Shown here one piece after another: positions 1 through 12,023 of a stretch of DNA of 64,000 nucleotides. Under the pieces are notes generated by a model that saw nothing but the letters and a program-made list of their open reading frames with translations, had not been told where the DNA came from and made no database searches. A program made the translations under genes and the position numbers. The stretch is from Chrysomallon squamiferum (Eukaryota; Animalia; Mollusca): the NCBI GenBank assembly GCA_012295275.1, contig CM022677.1, positions 25,854,001 to 25,918,000 on the forward strand, read 5' to 3'. Positions within the stretch are counted from its first letter, which is position 1; every line of letters begins with the position of its first letter.

Positions 1-1307
1 CACATTGTTTAATAATATTATAACACTGCCCAGCCATTGCCTAACAAACAAAAAGACCTGATAACATCAGATACTTTCACAAACTGGGTGAAAAAGTTTG
101 ACATGTAAATGACTTGTAAAACAACATTGTTCTATCAGTTGATTATGTAGCTTCCCCAACCAACCCCAAAATAACTGATTTTTCTGCCCCTAATACTAAA
201 ACATTTAGAGGTAAACCCTTTCTGACAACAACTGTAAAAATCTAACTAGTGACTGGAAATCAGTCAGGATTTAAAGGTCAGCTTCAGAAAGCGTGTAACT
301 ACAAGTTATATTTTCACAGTTGATGTGATAAAAGATTTATCTCAAAATTTTAAATCTAATTCATGGCTTTTTGTGAAAGCAACAACAACATTCTAAATAT
401 TTGCACTGTGCATCTATTAAATCTTAAAAGCAGGCTTATTACATACAGGAAAGTTTGGAAATCTGAAAAATACCTGAACTTGGTATTTGTTTCCAGTTTT
501 GTTTCAGTTCCTGCTTTCTATAATGTTGGTACATATACATAAGGTCTGATTTTTGCTGTTTTACATATTAATAAATGTGTGTGTGTGTGTTTACATTTTG
601 AGTTGTTGTGTTTATCCGGTAAAATATGTACAATCTCACTGACAGCCATGATAAAAATAAAAAATTGTTTTGGTTTCTGTCAGTCTGCCTCCATGCCCTA
701 ATTTCTAATTAATTGTGCCCTTCATAAATTAAAACTGTAAGCCTGTATAATGTTTTATATATACAACATGTTTTAGCATTACAATTTTAACTTCTGCACA
801 TGTTCTCATTAATTTACAATTTAAATTTTGAAAACCAGTTTTACTGAATATTTTGCTGTTTGCTAGAAATTTAAAAAGATCAAATAAAACAGTCTCAACT
901 CAGTTTTGCTTGTTGTTGACAGTCAATGATTCATTATATAAATTCAAAAAACAATAGTTTTATAAATTAAAGTCCATTGTCTTTAACTTAAATACGTATT
1001 TATATTATATAATTATTTTATTTGTTGATTATAATCTGTTTGTTAATTGAAAATAAGTGTAAACAATTACAAACGCAATGAAACGTGTTTATGTTTTGAT
1101 TCAGCGGACGGAAATTATTACCACGGGAGATAACTCTCTTCAATAACTTGGATAAAATTTGGTACTGGAATTTTAAATAAATGCATTTATCATGGAATCT
1201 ATTTTATTTAGGCCGTTGACTAATAGTACGGCTTAAGTAACAGTATTTTCCTCTACTGTAATTTTATGTTCATAAAAATATCCAGTTCATTTAATAAAGC
1301 ATCTACT

Positions 1308-1533
1308 CAAAATGGCGGAGATTTACAAAAGGTTCACAGTCTTGAGGGAATTTCTTGTGCACATGCAATAGAAAATATTATAACATCAATTCACTACACT
1401 GCTTCCGTGTATCTAGTATATAAATCTATCAAAAAAATAATTTTCAAATTGACAATATCAACAAAATTAGTTTAACATACCACCAACACAAGAACGGCAA
1501 CCCTCGCTTGTCAATTTTATCAAGTCACGTGAC
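1308..1533. promoter_or_regulatory. Possible promoter-like motif cluster (YY1-type CAAAATGGCGG at 1308-1318; palindromic E-box GTCACGTGAC at 1524-1533)
   Basis: Motifs seen directly in a locally CpG-richer patch; no associated gene could be reconstructed in the window. Confidence 0.25.
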
Positions 1534-1898
1534 TAATCAGTGCGCGAAACCTTAAGTCGGTAGTTTTCCGAATGATTAATCAAACGGTGTATTTGTTAAA
1601 ATGATTATTACATCTTCAGAAGATAACGTTTTCGCTTTCCATGCAATATGTAACAAATATTTTTTAAATATAAATTGTACAGTAATTAATTAAGCGTTCT
1701 GCTGTCGAGAGTTTATTGAACGGATAATACTTTCTATGTGACGAATAGCTGTTATCTGTATCAGCATGTTTATCAAAACTAATTTGTAGAAGTTAGTTTT
1801 ATTTCGTTTATTTACTTTTTTATATTAATTAAATTTAATGTCATAATATTATGAATATATCATTGATTAGAAAATGTATTTCATTATATATATATACA

Positions 1899-2138
1899 CA
1901 GGGTGTCCATAAAGTTACTATACAGTTCAAATGAAAACAACTGTATTAAATAGGCATACTAAAAACAACAATAAAATAGGTATATTTATTCCAAGCTGTA
2001 GTAAATAAAACTGACTGCTTATATTGTTACAATATTTTCTGATGTAATAGTGCATTTATTTTCTGAAAAACGTTATATTTTTTCTAACCACGAAATTTCT
2101 TTATTACAAATAACTGTATAGTAACTTTACGGACAGCT
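1899..2138. mobile_element. Degenerate MITE, Tc1/mariner-like
   Basis: Inverted repeats CAGGGTGTCCATAAAGTTACTATACAGTT (1899-1927) and AACTGTATAGTAACTTTACGGACAG (2112-2136); CAGGGTG terminus is typical of Tc1/mariner; right end eroded. Confidence 0.55.
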
Positions 2139-2387
2139 TAATAGCGTGGTTCACTCGTTTGTGAAAATGATTTTTAATGATTAATTAAAATGGAAATTAA
2201 TTTATAAAGAAAATACTTTAATAGCAAAAAAACCAAAACAAAGGAAATCTAGGCAGTAACTCTGAATCCTTCCATGTATGAATGTAGTTATATTAATGAA
2301 TAAATAATTAAAATAACTTAATTTTTATTCCAACCAAATTATGTTGTTTGTTTGTTTGTTTTTATTATTATTATTCTTATTCTTCTT

Positions 2388-2459
<72 letters not shown>

Positions 2460-2512
2460 TAAACGTATGTACATTTGTTTGTGGTTTATGTCCATAAATT
2501 TTATTTCAATTT

Positions 2513-2547
<35 letters not shown>

Positions 2548-2963
2548 ATTACTATTTATCAATGTATATAAAACAGAAAATATTGTTTTACTAATTTAAA
2601 AAATATATATTCTCATACTAATTTCAGTTTTAAATATAAAGTTAAGTTATATTTATTTTTTATTTTTTTTATTTTTATTTTTTTATTTTTTATTTTTTAT
2701 TTTATTTAGCTTAAGTTCGATTTTACCAGTTATTGTCACTGCGAAGTGATAAAATATGTAGATGTACTGGAGAATTTTAAGAAATTTTATTTCTTCATTC
2801 AATTCATAGTAACTCATAGTATCTTCTGTTTTCTATATCTGTTCGTTCTTCGTCTCTTAAAGTTTATTCTTTTATTGTATTTCAATAAGGTTACTCGTAG
2901 GCTCCAGACTGTTTTGCGCCCGAAACAAAGCCAGTTACAAGAATTTAATCTTCCCTTCCAACC

Positions 2964-2997
<34 letters not shown>

Positions 2998-4402
2998 TGG
3001 TCACTTTGATTTTTTAAAATATATTAATTTGGATCCAAACTGATTTACTGTTTTATGAACTAGCACTGAACTGTATACAAACGTTTATGAACAATGACCT
3101 ATTTATCGGTATAATGTTCTTTTTATTATCTTTACCTCTATAAAACAGTGATGTGTATAAAACATTTATTCTTGGACGTTACCAATGCACGACTCTGTGG
3201 CGGACTTTGTGTAAAAATGTTGGTTGCTATGAAACGAGAAGACGCACTCACAAGTACAATGTTATTTTAAACTTCATAACGAACAAATAATTGTTTTGAA
3301 AATTACGTAAGTGGTGCGCAAAAGCAAGATCCAGTTAAAAAATGTTGCGAAAATTTTATTTTATTTTATTTTATTTATATATTTATTTTTGTCAGTAAGT
3401 ATACACTGTTTGTGTGCAGTATATATTATACAGAAGGTACTAAATACGAAAAGCTATAAGTAAATTGTCAAGTTATTGAATTATTTAAACAACTGGTGGA
3501 TACTTTCATTTTAAAACTTTGCAGGTCAAAGCAAACTTTATACAATTGTTTGAGTTATACAGAACGTGTGGTTCTAGTGACTGGGCATTGTGATCTATTA
3601 CTGGGTCAAACATCCCAAAAATTAGCTCAAGAAGTTGAGCAATTTCACTCATCATCAAAAAAAAACCTCAACCTTTTCTTCTTCCACTCCCTCTTAACAG
3701 GAAATGCTTTTTCCATTGCATCAGTTTCTAATTGTCATGTTCATCCATGTTCATAGATCTGTGAAATCTTGTTATACTTGTATTTTTACAAAGCCTTGCA
3801 GTGAACATTATCAAATTGTTCTTATCTGCTCTCTTAGTTGAATCTACCAAACATTTCATATATAAACAGCTTAAATGTTTACGTGTAAAATTTACATATG
3901 GACCCACTTTACTTGAATCTCAAGCTTGGGAGTACAAGATTAAAGACTGCAGACGACTTTTAAGTTTATGAGCTTGTCAAATGCCAGGTAATTAAAAGGT
4001 CGTTGACATTTTTAACACAGTTTGAGGGTTCACTAGACCACTTGACATTGGGCAAGCTTGACACCCAGGGCCATCTCTGCCTCTCACTCCACAGACAGAC
4101 AGACATAGAGAGACAGAGAGGCAGACAGACTAACTAAAATTTGGGGGTTTAAAGCTGTTGCCCTCAACAACAATGGATTCATTTATTTTCAGTCACTTAC
4201 ACTGGCAGGCATAATAATTAATGTAACAGATTTTAAAAAGTTATTTTGGATGAAATCTTTGAATGAAATTTGTTATTATTTATTTATTTTTTATTTTTGC
4301 ACGTTTTGAATATCATACATATTAAATGAAACACACCCACTGATGAATGTTGTTTTGAAAGATTCCACACTGAAAAAAATATTCCAACTTTGTCTGCAGT
4401 TC

Positions 4403-4404
4403 AT

Positions 4405-4437
<33 letters not shown>

Positions 4438-4735
4438 GTAGCTGCAGTGTCTCACTGTTGACAGAAACAATCTGCTTCTTGATTCTTCATCTTCCTGCCG
4501 TCTGCCAAACTGTTCCTTTCCAAAACTCAACACCTCCTCCGTCCATCTGTCTCACTGGTCTTCATCTAGATTGTTTCCCTTTGTACACAACATCTGAATG
4601 TCGTCTTGTATTCTAGAACTGCCATGCCAAACTACACTTCCACTTTCTAACCTGTTTAATCACAACTGTAATCCTTCTTGGCTCTTAGACAGACGTTTGG
4701 TTTGGTGACATTTCAGACACCTCTTTCCATTTTTA
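4403..4735 (-). mobile_element. 5'-truncated, degenerate RTE-clade LINE 3' end with (TGA)n tail
   Basis: Minus strand gives broken peptides KQVRKWK..SRIQDD..RPVR.RWTEEV..EFWKGTVWQ resembling the C-terminus of RTE ORFs, then CAACAGTGAGACACTGCAGCTACA(TGA)n; stops and frameshifts present. Confidence 0.55.
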
Positions 4736-5766
4736 TTTATAACAAATGAAAAAAAAAAAAAAAAAAACCTTCCAAGTAAAGAAAACAAACTAGTGATGAA
4801 TACAGTGAATATTTATTTCTAAGCAGAAGACAAATTTACACGTGACAGGTTCAGAGTGAACACACAAAAACACAAAGTCGTCTAAGACATGTATTTACAC
4901 ATATTAGAAAACATTTATAGCACATTTTTAATATGTTATATACTTCTTGTTGTTACAATGTTTATTCATGGCAGAGGGGGGATATTAAAAAGGTGCTAAT
5001 ATTTATCAGGTCTGTTATCTTGAATTATTGGCTTCCAAAGAAATGAAGCTATCAGTAAGCTGGTATGAATACTAAAAGTTAGTTCAGGGTCGCTTGATTC
5101 GTCAAAGTAGACTTTAAATGCAGATTTTTATTCTCAAATGTTAGGATTATTAACTCATTTCAAATGAGGGAAGAAGGTGAAATGTTAGTTTATTCTTTTT
5201 CAAAATGATTTATATTAAAAACAATGATAAATTTCTTTAGTTTGTGAAAAACGTTTTGATGTTGATTTTTATTAGAAACGGCTTCAAAAGCCAAGATTTA
5301 GCAATCATAATGTTAAAAAAAAACATGTTTTTAAAAAACATGCATTTGTGGCAGTGATTTTAGAATTACTGGTGAATTATTAAGTTTGTTTTTAAATCTG
5401 TGATCAGAAATATTTCTTTATGCCGGAGTAATTAATGAATCAGTTCAATTTTTTTTTTTCGAAAATGTGAAGTGAATGTTGAATGAAAACAAAATGAAAT
5501 TACAATGTCAATGAATGGCTTAATGTTATTTTGAACTTTATAAAAAATTTAAAAATTTAAAAACATTTTGGTTACCAACGGCTTAGTTAATTTATAAGTG
5601 AAAACAGACCTGATAAAAATAGAGAAAAATCAACCAATCACTAAAACACAAAAAAAAAAGAAAAAGAAAAATGAACTGAACTAAAAATATTTTAGAAAAT
5701 GCTAAGTCTTGTTCCCAGTTTTTACAACTTTTCACAAAATGTGCCACTGACAGTGACACACCCAGC

Positions 5767-5888
5767 TCAGTCCAGGCCATCATCGATTGCATACACCATG
5801 AACATCAAGTCCTCAGTGTTTGGAACCATCTCATCACCAGGGGTCACCACCCTGAACCCCAGGAAACTGAACACACGCAGAAGATTAA
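5767..5888 (-). CDS. OAZ1: Ornithine decarboxylase antizyme, coding exon 4 (last): (V)NLLRVFSFLGFRVVTPGDEMVPNTEDLMFMVYAIDDGLD*
   Basis: TTACAG acceptor, phase 1 matches exon 3; conserved antizyme C-terminal F.FLGF...P...FM.Y motif; TGA at 5769-5767. Confidence 0.93.
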
Positions 5889-5911
5889 CTGTAATTAAAT
5901 TAACTTTAACA

Positions 5912-6590
5912 CTGAACACACACAGAAGATTTAAAAACACAGTTTAATTAAAATCAGAAACTGAACACACACAGAAGATCAACTGTAATTAAAATCAGGA
6001 AACTGAACACACTCAGAAGATTAACTGTAATTAAAATCAGGAAACTGAACACACTCAGAAGATTAACTGTAATTAAAATCAGGAAACTGAACACACTCAG
6101 AAGATTAACTGTAATTAAAATCAGGAAACTGAACACACACAGAAGATCAACTGTAATTAAAATCAGGAAACTGAACACACTCAGAAGATTAACTGTAATT
6201 AAAATCAGGAAACTGAACACACACAGAAGATTAACTGTAATTAAAATCACGTTTAATTAAAAAACTCAACACACTCAGAAACTTAACACACACAGAAGAT
6301 TAACTGTAATTAAAATCATGTTTAATTAAAACAGGAAACTGAACACACTCAGAAGATTAACTGTAATTAAAATCACGTTTAATTAAAACAGGAAACTGAA
6401 CACACTCAGAAGATTAACTGTAATTAAAATCACGTTTAATTAAAACAGGAAACTGAACACACTCAGAAGATTAACTGTAATTAAAATCACGTTTAATTAA
6501 AACAGGAAACTGAACACACTCAGAAGATTAACTGTAATTAAAATCACGTTTAATTAAAATCAGGAAACTGAACACACACTGAAGATTAAT
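5912..6590 (-). repeat. Minisatellite (42-bp then 57-bp units) made of copies of the antizyme exon-4 acceptor plus first ~28 exon nt
   Basis: Unit (minus) GATTTTAATTACAG|TTAATCTTCTGAGTGTGTTCAGTTTCCT matches the real junction TTTAATTACAG|TTAATCTTCTGCGTGTGTTCAGTTTCCT; about 12 extra AG sites. Confidence 0.92.
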
Positions 6591-6921
6591 TAAAAATGTT
6601 CTATTTAACACTGTTATTAAAATCATGTTTAATTCAAACATTTAAATGTAAATAATAAAAAAGTTGTCAAAAAAGTAACCATAAACTTTTTTTTTCCAAT
6701 GTTTGTCAATAAAGACAATAAATATACTTGTAAATTTCATACCACACAAATTGTAAATATAACAATGGTCAACTATACCAATGGAAATAAAATTATTTTT
6801 TATTATACTGCTGACAGATATTTACAGATGAAAGTATCAGTAACAAACTAATGAAGAAAGACTAAAATATCTGGAAATTTTTACTACGTGAATGTTACAT
6901 CACACACCAAGTTAAGTTTAC

Positions 6922-7007
6922 CTCTATCAACTCTCGCTTTCTTGAAACACAAGATCACGTATGAGCATCCAAGCTGTTCCTCCGCATACTCCAGTAGTGT
7001 TACCAAA
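6922..7007 (-). CDS. OAZ1: Antizyme coding exon 3: (S)LVTLLEYAEEQLGCSYVILCFKKARVDR
   Basis: TTTTCAG acceptor, G|GTAAAC donor, phases 2/1; LLEYAEEQL motif of antizymes. Confidence 0.95.
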
Positions 7008-9175
7008 CTGAAAACATTTTATGTTTTAATTAAAAGTAGCATTTAAAAGGTACTTTCATTGAAAAAATTTCAGAAAAAGTCTAGTAACTTTCTAATTAAT
7101 AAAAAAAATCCAAAAAATTACTTTCATTAAAAATTATATATCCTATTTTAATAAGTAACATCTAATTAAAAATATTTAAAAAAAAACAATTCAAATTTAC
7201 TTTCACTGAAAAAGAACTTTAATTGTAATATTCTAATTAAAAAAAAAAATTAATTTAAATTTACTTTCATTAAAAAGCCCCTAACTAATGACAAATTTTT
7301 AATTAAAAATAAAATGTTTAAAATTTGCTTTCTTTCCAAACACAAAGCAAAAATAATTTTGTAATTAAAAAATTATAAATAAAACAGAAAGAAAAGAAAC
7401 CACTACTAATTGAAAACATGTAATGAATTTATTAATGCCTAACTCCAATTTCAATGGTTTAAAACAGTTTTGTCATCAAACATCATTTTCGTAAAAAAAA
7501 TAATCTATAAAATATTAACAGAAAACTGTTCATCGGTTAGACAGGAAACCACATTGCAACTGCCTTGACAACCAGACCAATGTTTCGTAACCAGGTTGAA
7601 GGCTGCAAAATTGAGCATCAAGTGTCTGCTCCTATTTCAAATGATTTAAAGTAAATGTTTCTTCCATTTTGTTATTAAAATAGTTTGAATATAGTGTAAA
7701 ATTTTACAGTGTTTTCTTGCGGTCCATTATTCTGTTATGTTTCTCAATGCAGGCTTCCTCTGAAACAAGAGAATCCTCTCAGTTTCAAAGTCAGTTTAAA
7801 ACAACACAGATTTTCTGATCTAAATAAAAAACACTGGCAAACATTTTGTAAAATATGTATTGCTGGGAGGGTAATATTCTTTTTTGATACTAAATATTCT
7901 AATCTCATCTATGTTTTTTTTTTACATTTTGTATTGCTGTGATCAGTAACTATTTTACTTCTGAATTTATTTAAAATCTTAAGTTTTTGTTTAAGATGTT
8001 TAAAAAAAAAAAATCTTCACAATGTGGATATCTGGGGGTTTTTAAGAAATTATATTTGTGGATAACAAGATTTTTCCCATTGTGGTTATTAACTGAGTAA
8101 TTGTTCCTGTCAACAGCATTTCTATGCTCCATTGCAAACAAGTACCAAATACTCCAGTCAACACATTTTCAGACTGTTACATAAGACAGTTCTCAAATAA
8201 GAAACATGGAAGTTTGAGATACCTGGAGTTAACAATTATACATAAGATGGATAATAAAAAAAAAAAAAAAAAAAATTTAAACTGCAGGTAAAGTCTTAAA
8301 GTACACTGATTAGTTTTTTTGCTCGAAATCAGGATCACAGTAACTGATAATTCAAATGCACTCAAAATTAAAACTTAATAATTTAACCTGCATTATGCAT
8401 GTTATAACTAAATTTTTGTTTGTTTGTCTACTGATTTACTCTTTTGATTTTTCTGGACAATCTTTTAAAAATTGTTTTTATAAAAATGTTGTTTAATTTT
8501 TTTTTTTATATTGCTCTGTTATAACATGGATAAGCATCGTGAAGAAATTCTCAAAATTTTCAAAAGACTTGGAAATTTGCTGATATCTGTGCAAATAGAA
8601 AAGACCTTTAAGCAAAAAAATATGCAATTAAGAAGATCAAAGTTGACAATTTAATGTCGGACATTTCCTTCAAGTAACTACATCTTGTGACTGTGACATT
8701 TTATTTGTGTAAAACAGCTGAACAAATGACACAAACAATGGCGACTTAAACAAAAAGGTTTGGTTTTCAGTTCTGTCGCACATTTAACTGATCTTTGTCG
8801 CTTATTCGGACTCAGCCATGTTATCAAATATTTCAAAAAACTGTTGAACCATTACACAGTGTGAAAGTGTATCTTTCTGGTGTTTTGCAGTATGTCGATA
8901 AATCATTTTTCAATAAATTTTGCATCCTTAACGTAAACAAAGGAAATAAAATTACCAGAGCATCCAAAAAGGTATATTTATTTTGTGTGTAACATTTATT
9001 CATCACATCAGAAAGCATTTAGGTAACTAAACAAAATGACTTCCCCTAATTTTATTAGAACAGTAATTTGTACAACACTTTAACCAAAAATATGATTTTT
9101 TTTTTTTTTTTTTTTTTTTAATAAAATTTAAAATAAGAAAGAAACATTTACAAGAAAACTGAAGTAAAGGTTTAC

Positions 9176-9491
9176 CTCTCCTTGGATCCCTCTGGCAGGA
9201 TTCCGGTCGGAAGCTCCACGTAGAGTTTGCGTTCGATCAAAATGGCTTCCCAGGTCACTTCGACGCACTCTGCTGGGTAAATCTTGAAACACAAGTTCGA
9301 GGCGACTTGTGAGTTTGCCAAAGAGCTGACATTGTCTGCGATCAAGTCCTTAGCATTGACAGGGGGCGTTTTCAAAACCCCCACGCCGTTGCCCTCTGCC
9401 ACGAATGAGCATACTGAGACATGTACGGCGTGGGGAACATCAGGAACACCACCGAGGCCCAGGACCTAGCGATATACTATACCTCTCATGG
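9176..9491 (-). CDS. OAZ1: Antizyme coding exon 2, containing end of ORF1 (HERYSISLGPGPRWCS*) and +1 frame ORF2 (DVPHAVHVSVCSFVAEGNG...LYVELPTGILPEGSKE)
   Basis: TTTCCAG acceptor; GGG CCT CGG TGG TGT TCC TGA T frameshift context; LYV..P...LPEGSKE motif; AG|GTAAAC donor. Confidence 0.95.
9357..9445 (-). other. OAZ1: Programmed +1 frameshift site (TCC-TGA, 9445-9440) with 3' stimulatory RNA pseudoknot
   Basis: Stem 1 CCCCACGCCGT (9435-9425) pairs perfectly with ACGGCGTGGGG (9389-9379); loop segment TGGCAGAGGGC (9401-9391) pairs with GCCCCCTGTCA (9367-9357) with one G-U and one mismatch. Confidence 0.9.
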
Positions 9492-10204
9492 CTGGAAAAC
9501 AAAACACAAAAAAATAAATAATAATAAGAGAATAATAATCCATTAATTTTTAAAATGAAAATAAATTTATGTTTTAATTTTGGTCTTGCCAAATATATAA
9601 AATTCAAAATTATAAATTTTACTAGAAAAGTTTTGTGAAATAAAAATAGTGAAGCAGAGGTGAAGAGTTCGGCAATAAACTTATTTGAGGTATGAACACT
9701 GCATGCATTCTTCCAAAGTCGCCAGTTACTTGAGAAGTTTCCTAAAATGTATTACATTCAATAAATATTGTTATTATGTCAACAACAAAAAATCAATATC
9801 ACTGTTTTCTATGATAAAACCTAACACAGCACTGAAATTTTGTTTGTGGGAGTCTCTTGCTGGTTCCCTTTTTCAAAACTGGTTTCCATTTTCCTTCAGT
9901 GTAACAACAGCCTTCTAGAAGTGACCTCATTTTGACCAGGGATACCACAGAATGACAACATGATACCAAAATAAAAAAAAAAACTTGTTAATGAGTTAGC
10001 CGAGAATTTTAGGAAAGATCATCAAATTAATTAGAACAATGGGCCCAATTTCCAAATGTCAAGCTAAATAAAGATACTTTTCTCAATAATTTTATAGACA
10101 TTTTAAAAGCAACTTGTAAAGTCTACTTTTCACAGAACATGCCAATGGAATTTCCAAGATGGCTCGAGTCCAGACTAACTTAGTGCAGATTGCTGGCAGC
10201 TTGA

Positions 10205-10241
<37 letters not shown>

Positions 10242-11003
10242 CACCGTTCATTCTCTGGTGCAGTTGTTTCACAAAAAGTTGGCAAATTCCCGCAAGAAGC
10301 AGATTGTTGTGCATCACAGCCACAGGCTTTTCAGAAAATTGGCTTCCATGTTATTTCAAAATCTGTGACCCAATTTCGATTTGTCAGTTAAAAATATATA
10401 AGTATATAAGGTTTCATCCTGATATGTCTAGATATAACCAAGTCAGCACATTCTGAATGGAAAACGGTTCGTTATGGATCAAAACTGTTATTGGATATTC
10501 ATATTGCTATTGAACTTACTGCACAATTTGTACAAATTGACCATTTCCATGAAAGGCCTATTCTTTTTTTTTTTTTTTTTTATTTTTTTTTTTTGACATT
10601 AAAAACATTCACGAAAATCCAATGGGATGACCTATTCAATTTTTTTAAGACCTTTTTCTTCTTTGTTTACACATTATATTTAAATCTGGAATTTCCGAGT
10701 ACAATTTTCTGCCTGAACTACCTATTCAGCTACTGGAAGAATATTCCAGAAACATCTGATTATCAATAGTAAATGAATTTAAAAAACCATTTCACAATGA
10801 AAACAATACATTGTTCATCCCAAATACAAAAGACCTTTCGAAATATAACACCTATTAATCACAGGTGGTTAATGCGCAATTTGACAGTCAAAAAGATCAA
10901 AAGAAAAAACAGCCGCCATCTTGGATTTCTGAAAAAGTAAACATATACAAATACCTATTCACTTCTAATTATACTCAATTTACACGAGATGTATCACACA
11001 TAC

Positions 11004-11101
11004 CGATTACTACTTTGTAATGCAGGCATGCTTTTATTTAATTCACTTATAACTGGGCCAAAATTTTCGTCAATAACGATAGCTTCGGAAGCTTTTAACA
11101 T
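11004..11101 (-). CDS. OAZ1: Antizyme coding exon 1: MLKASEAIVIDENFGPVISELNKSMPALQSSN(R)
   Basis: CG|GTATGT donor in phase 2 joins exon 2 into an open 49-codon ORF1; start choice uncertain (other in-frame ATGs at 11194 and 11029). Confidence 0.8.
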
Positions 11102-11353
11102 ATCTTCCCACCAACTTCCTCTTTCCACTGCCGTCCTCTTCGTATTGTGTAACGTGACCTTCAAGTTATTGGCTATCACGTGATTGTGCCACATCCTGGC
11201 TTAATTTGTAAAATATATATATATTTTTTTTTTATAAATGGTTTTCTGTTGTTTCTAACTGATACAGCAAATAATTCAGTATAAAAACGTTTTCTTAAAT
11301 TTTATTTTATATTACTATTAGTTTTATTTTAAGGGTCATGTGACTTGTTCAAA
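11102..11353. promoter_or_regulatory. Compact bidirectional promoter/5'UTR region between antizyme and DCTN6
   Basis: Divergent ATGs 252 bp apart; ATTGG 11168-11172, ATCACGTGAT 11175-11184, GTCATGTGAC 11335-11344, YY1-type CAAAATGGC over the DCTN6 ATG and GCCGCCATCTTG at 10912-10923. Confidence 0.7.
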
Positions 11354-11379
11354 ATGGCTGGTGCACGTTTGCCAAAAAG
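11354..11379 (+). CDS. DCTN6: Dynactin subunit 6 (p27) exon 1: MAGARLPK(S)
   Basis: AAAATGG start, AG|GTAACA donor, phase 2 fits exon 2. Confidence 0.85.
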
Positions 11380-11613
11380 GTAACATTCGTTACAATGTTA
11401 TTTTTAACCTCACTCCTGAAGAAATTAGTTTAATTACTTCATTTATATCGATCTGAACGAAAATGTACATTGAAATTTTTCTAAAAATGTTAACAAAATG
11501 TGAAAAATATTGAATTTTGTTAATAAATCATATAAATGTAAATTATATTTATAATCAATAATTGTTTACGCTTTAGAATGACAATTTGAATTAAGAATTT
11601 CATATAATTTCAG

Positions 11614-11678
11614 CCTCAAGATAGCTCATGGAGCCATTGTATGTGAGGAATGCGAACTTGTTGGAGATATCACAATAG
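11614..11678 (+). CDS. DCTN6: DCTN6 exon 2: LKIAHGAIVCEECELVGDITI(G)
   Basis: TTTCAG / G|GTCAGT; matches p27 KIAPGAVVC..E..GDVTIG. Confidence 0.95.
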
Positions 11679-11687
11679 GTCAGTGAA

Positions 11688-11768
<81 letters not shown>

Positions 11769-11773
11769 CATCA

Positions 11774-11817
<44 letters not shown>

Positions 11818-11917
11818 AGGTTCAGAATTGCTTGCAACACACATCATATACACATAGAAAAACAAATAAAAATGTGCACACAGTATATATATTCAAATAT
11901 TTATAAATTTATTTAAG

Positions 11918-12023
11918 GTACCAGAACAGTGATTCATCCCAAAGCAAGAATAATAGCAGAAGCTGGACCCATAGTGATTGGAGATGGCAACATCATTGAG
12001 GAAATGGTTGTGATAATAAATAA
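11918..12023 (+). CDS. DCTN6: DCTN6 exon 3: [34 protein letters not shown](K)
   Basis: Near-identical to the p27 [20 protein letters not shown] motif; AAG acceptor, GTGAGT donor. Confidence 0.96.

Noticed and set aside
1312-3756. Possible plus-strand gene start (ATGGCGGAG...AG|GT at 1312-1331; splice-like sites at ~3306 and ~3523)
   Set aside because: No coherent reading frame or recognisable product could be assembled.
9440-9442. In-frame TGA as pseudogene lesion or selenocysteine codon
   Set aside because: Downstream homology continues in the +1 frame, and the context is the canonical antizyme frameshift site.
11115-11128. Plus-strand CTTCCTCTTTCC resembling a TCT/5'TOP initiator
   Set aside because: Short pyrimidine run lying antisense in the antizyme leader; no TSS evidence.
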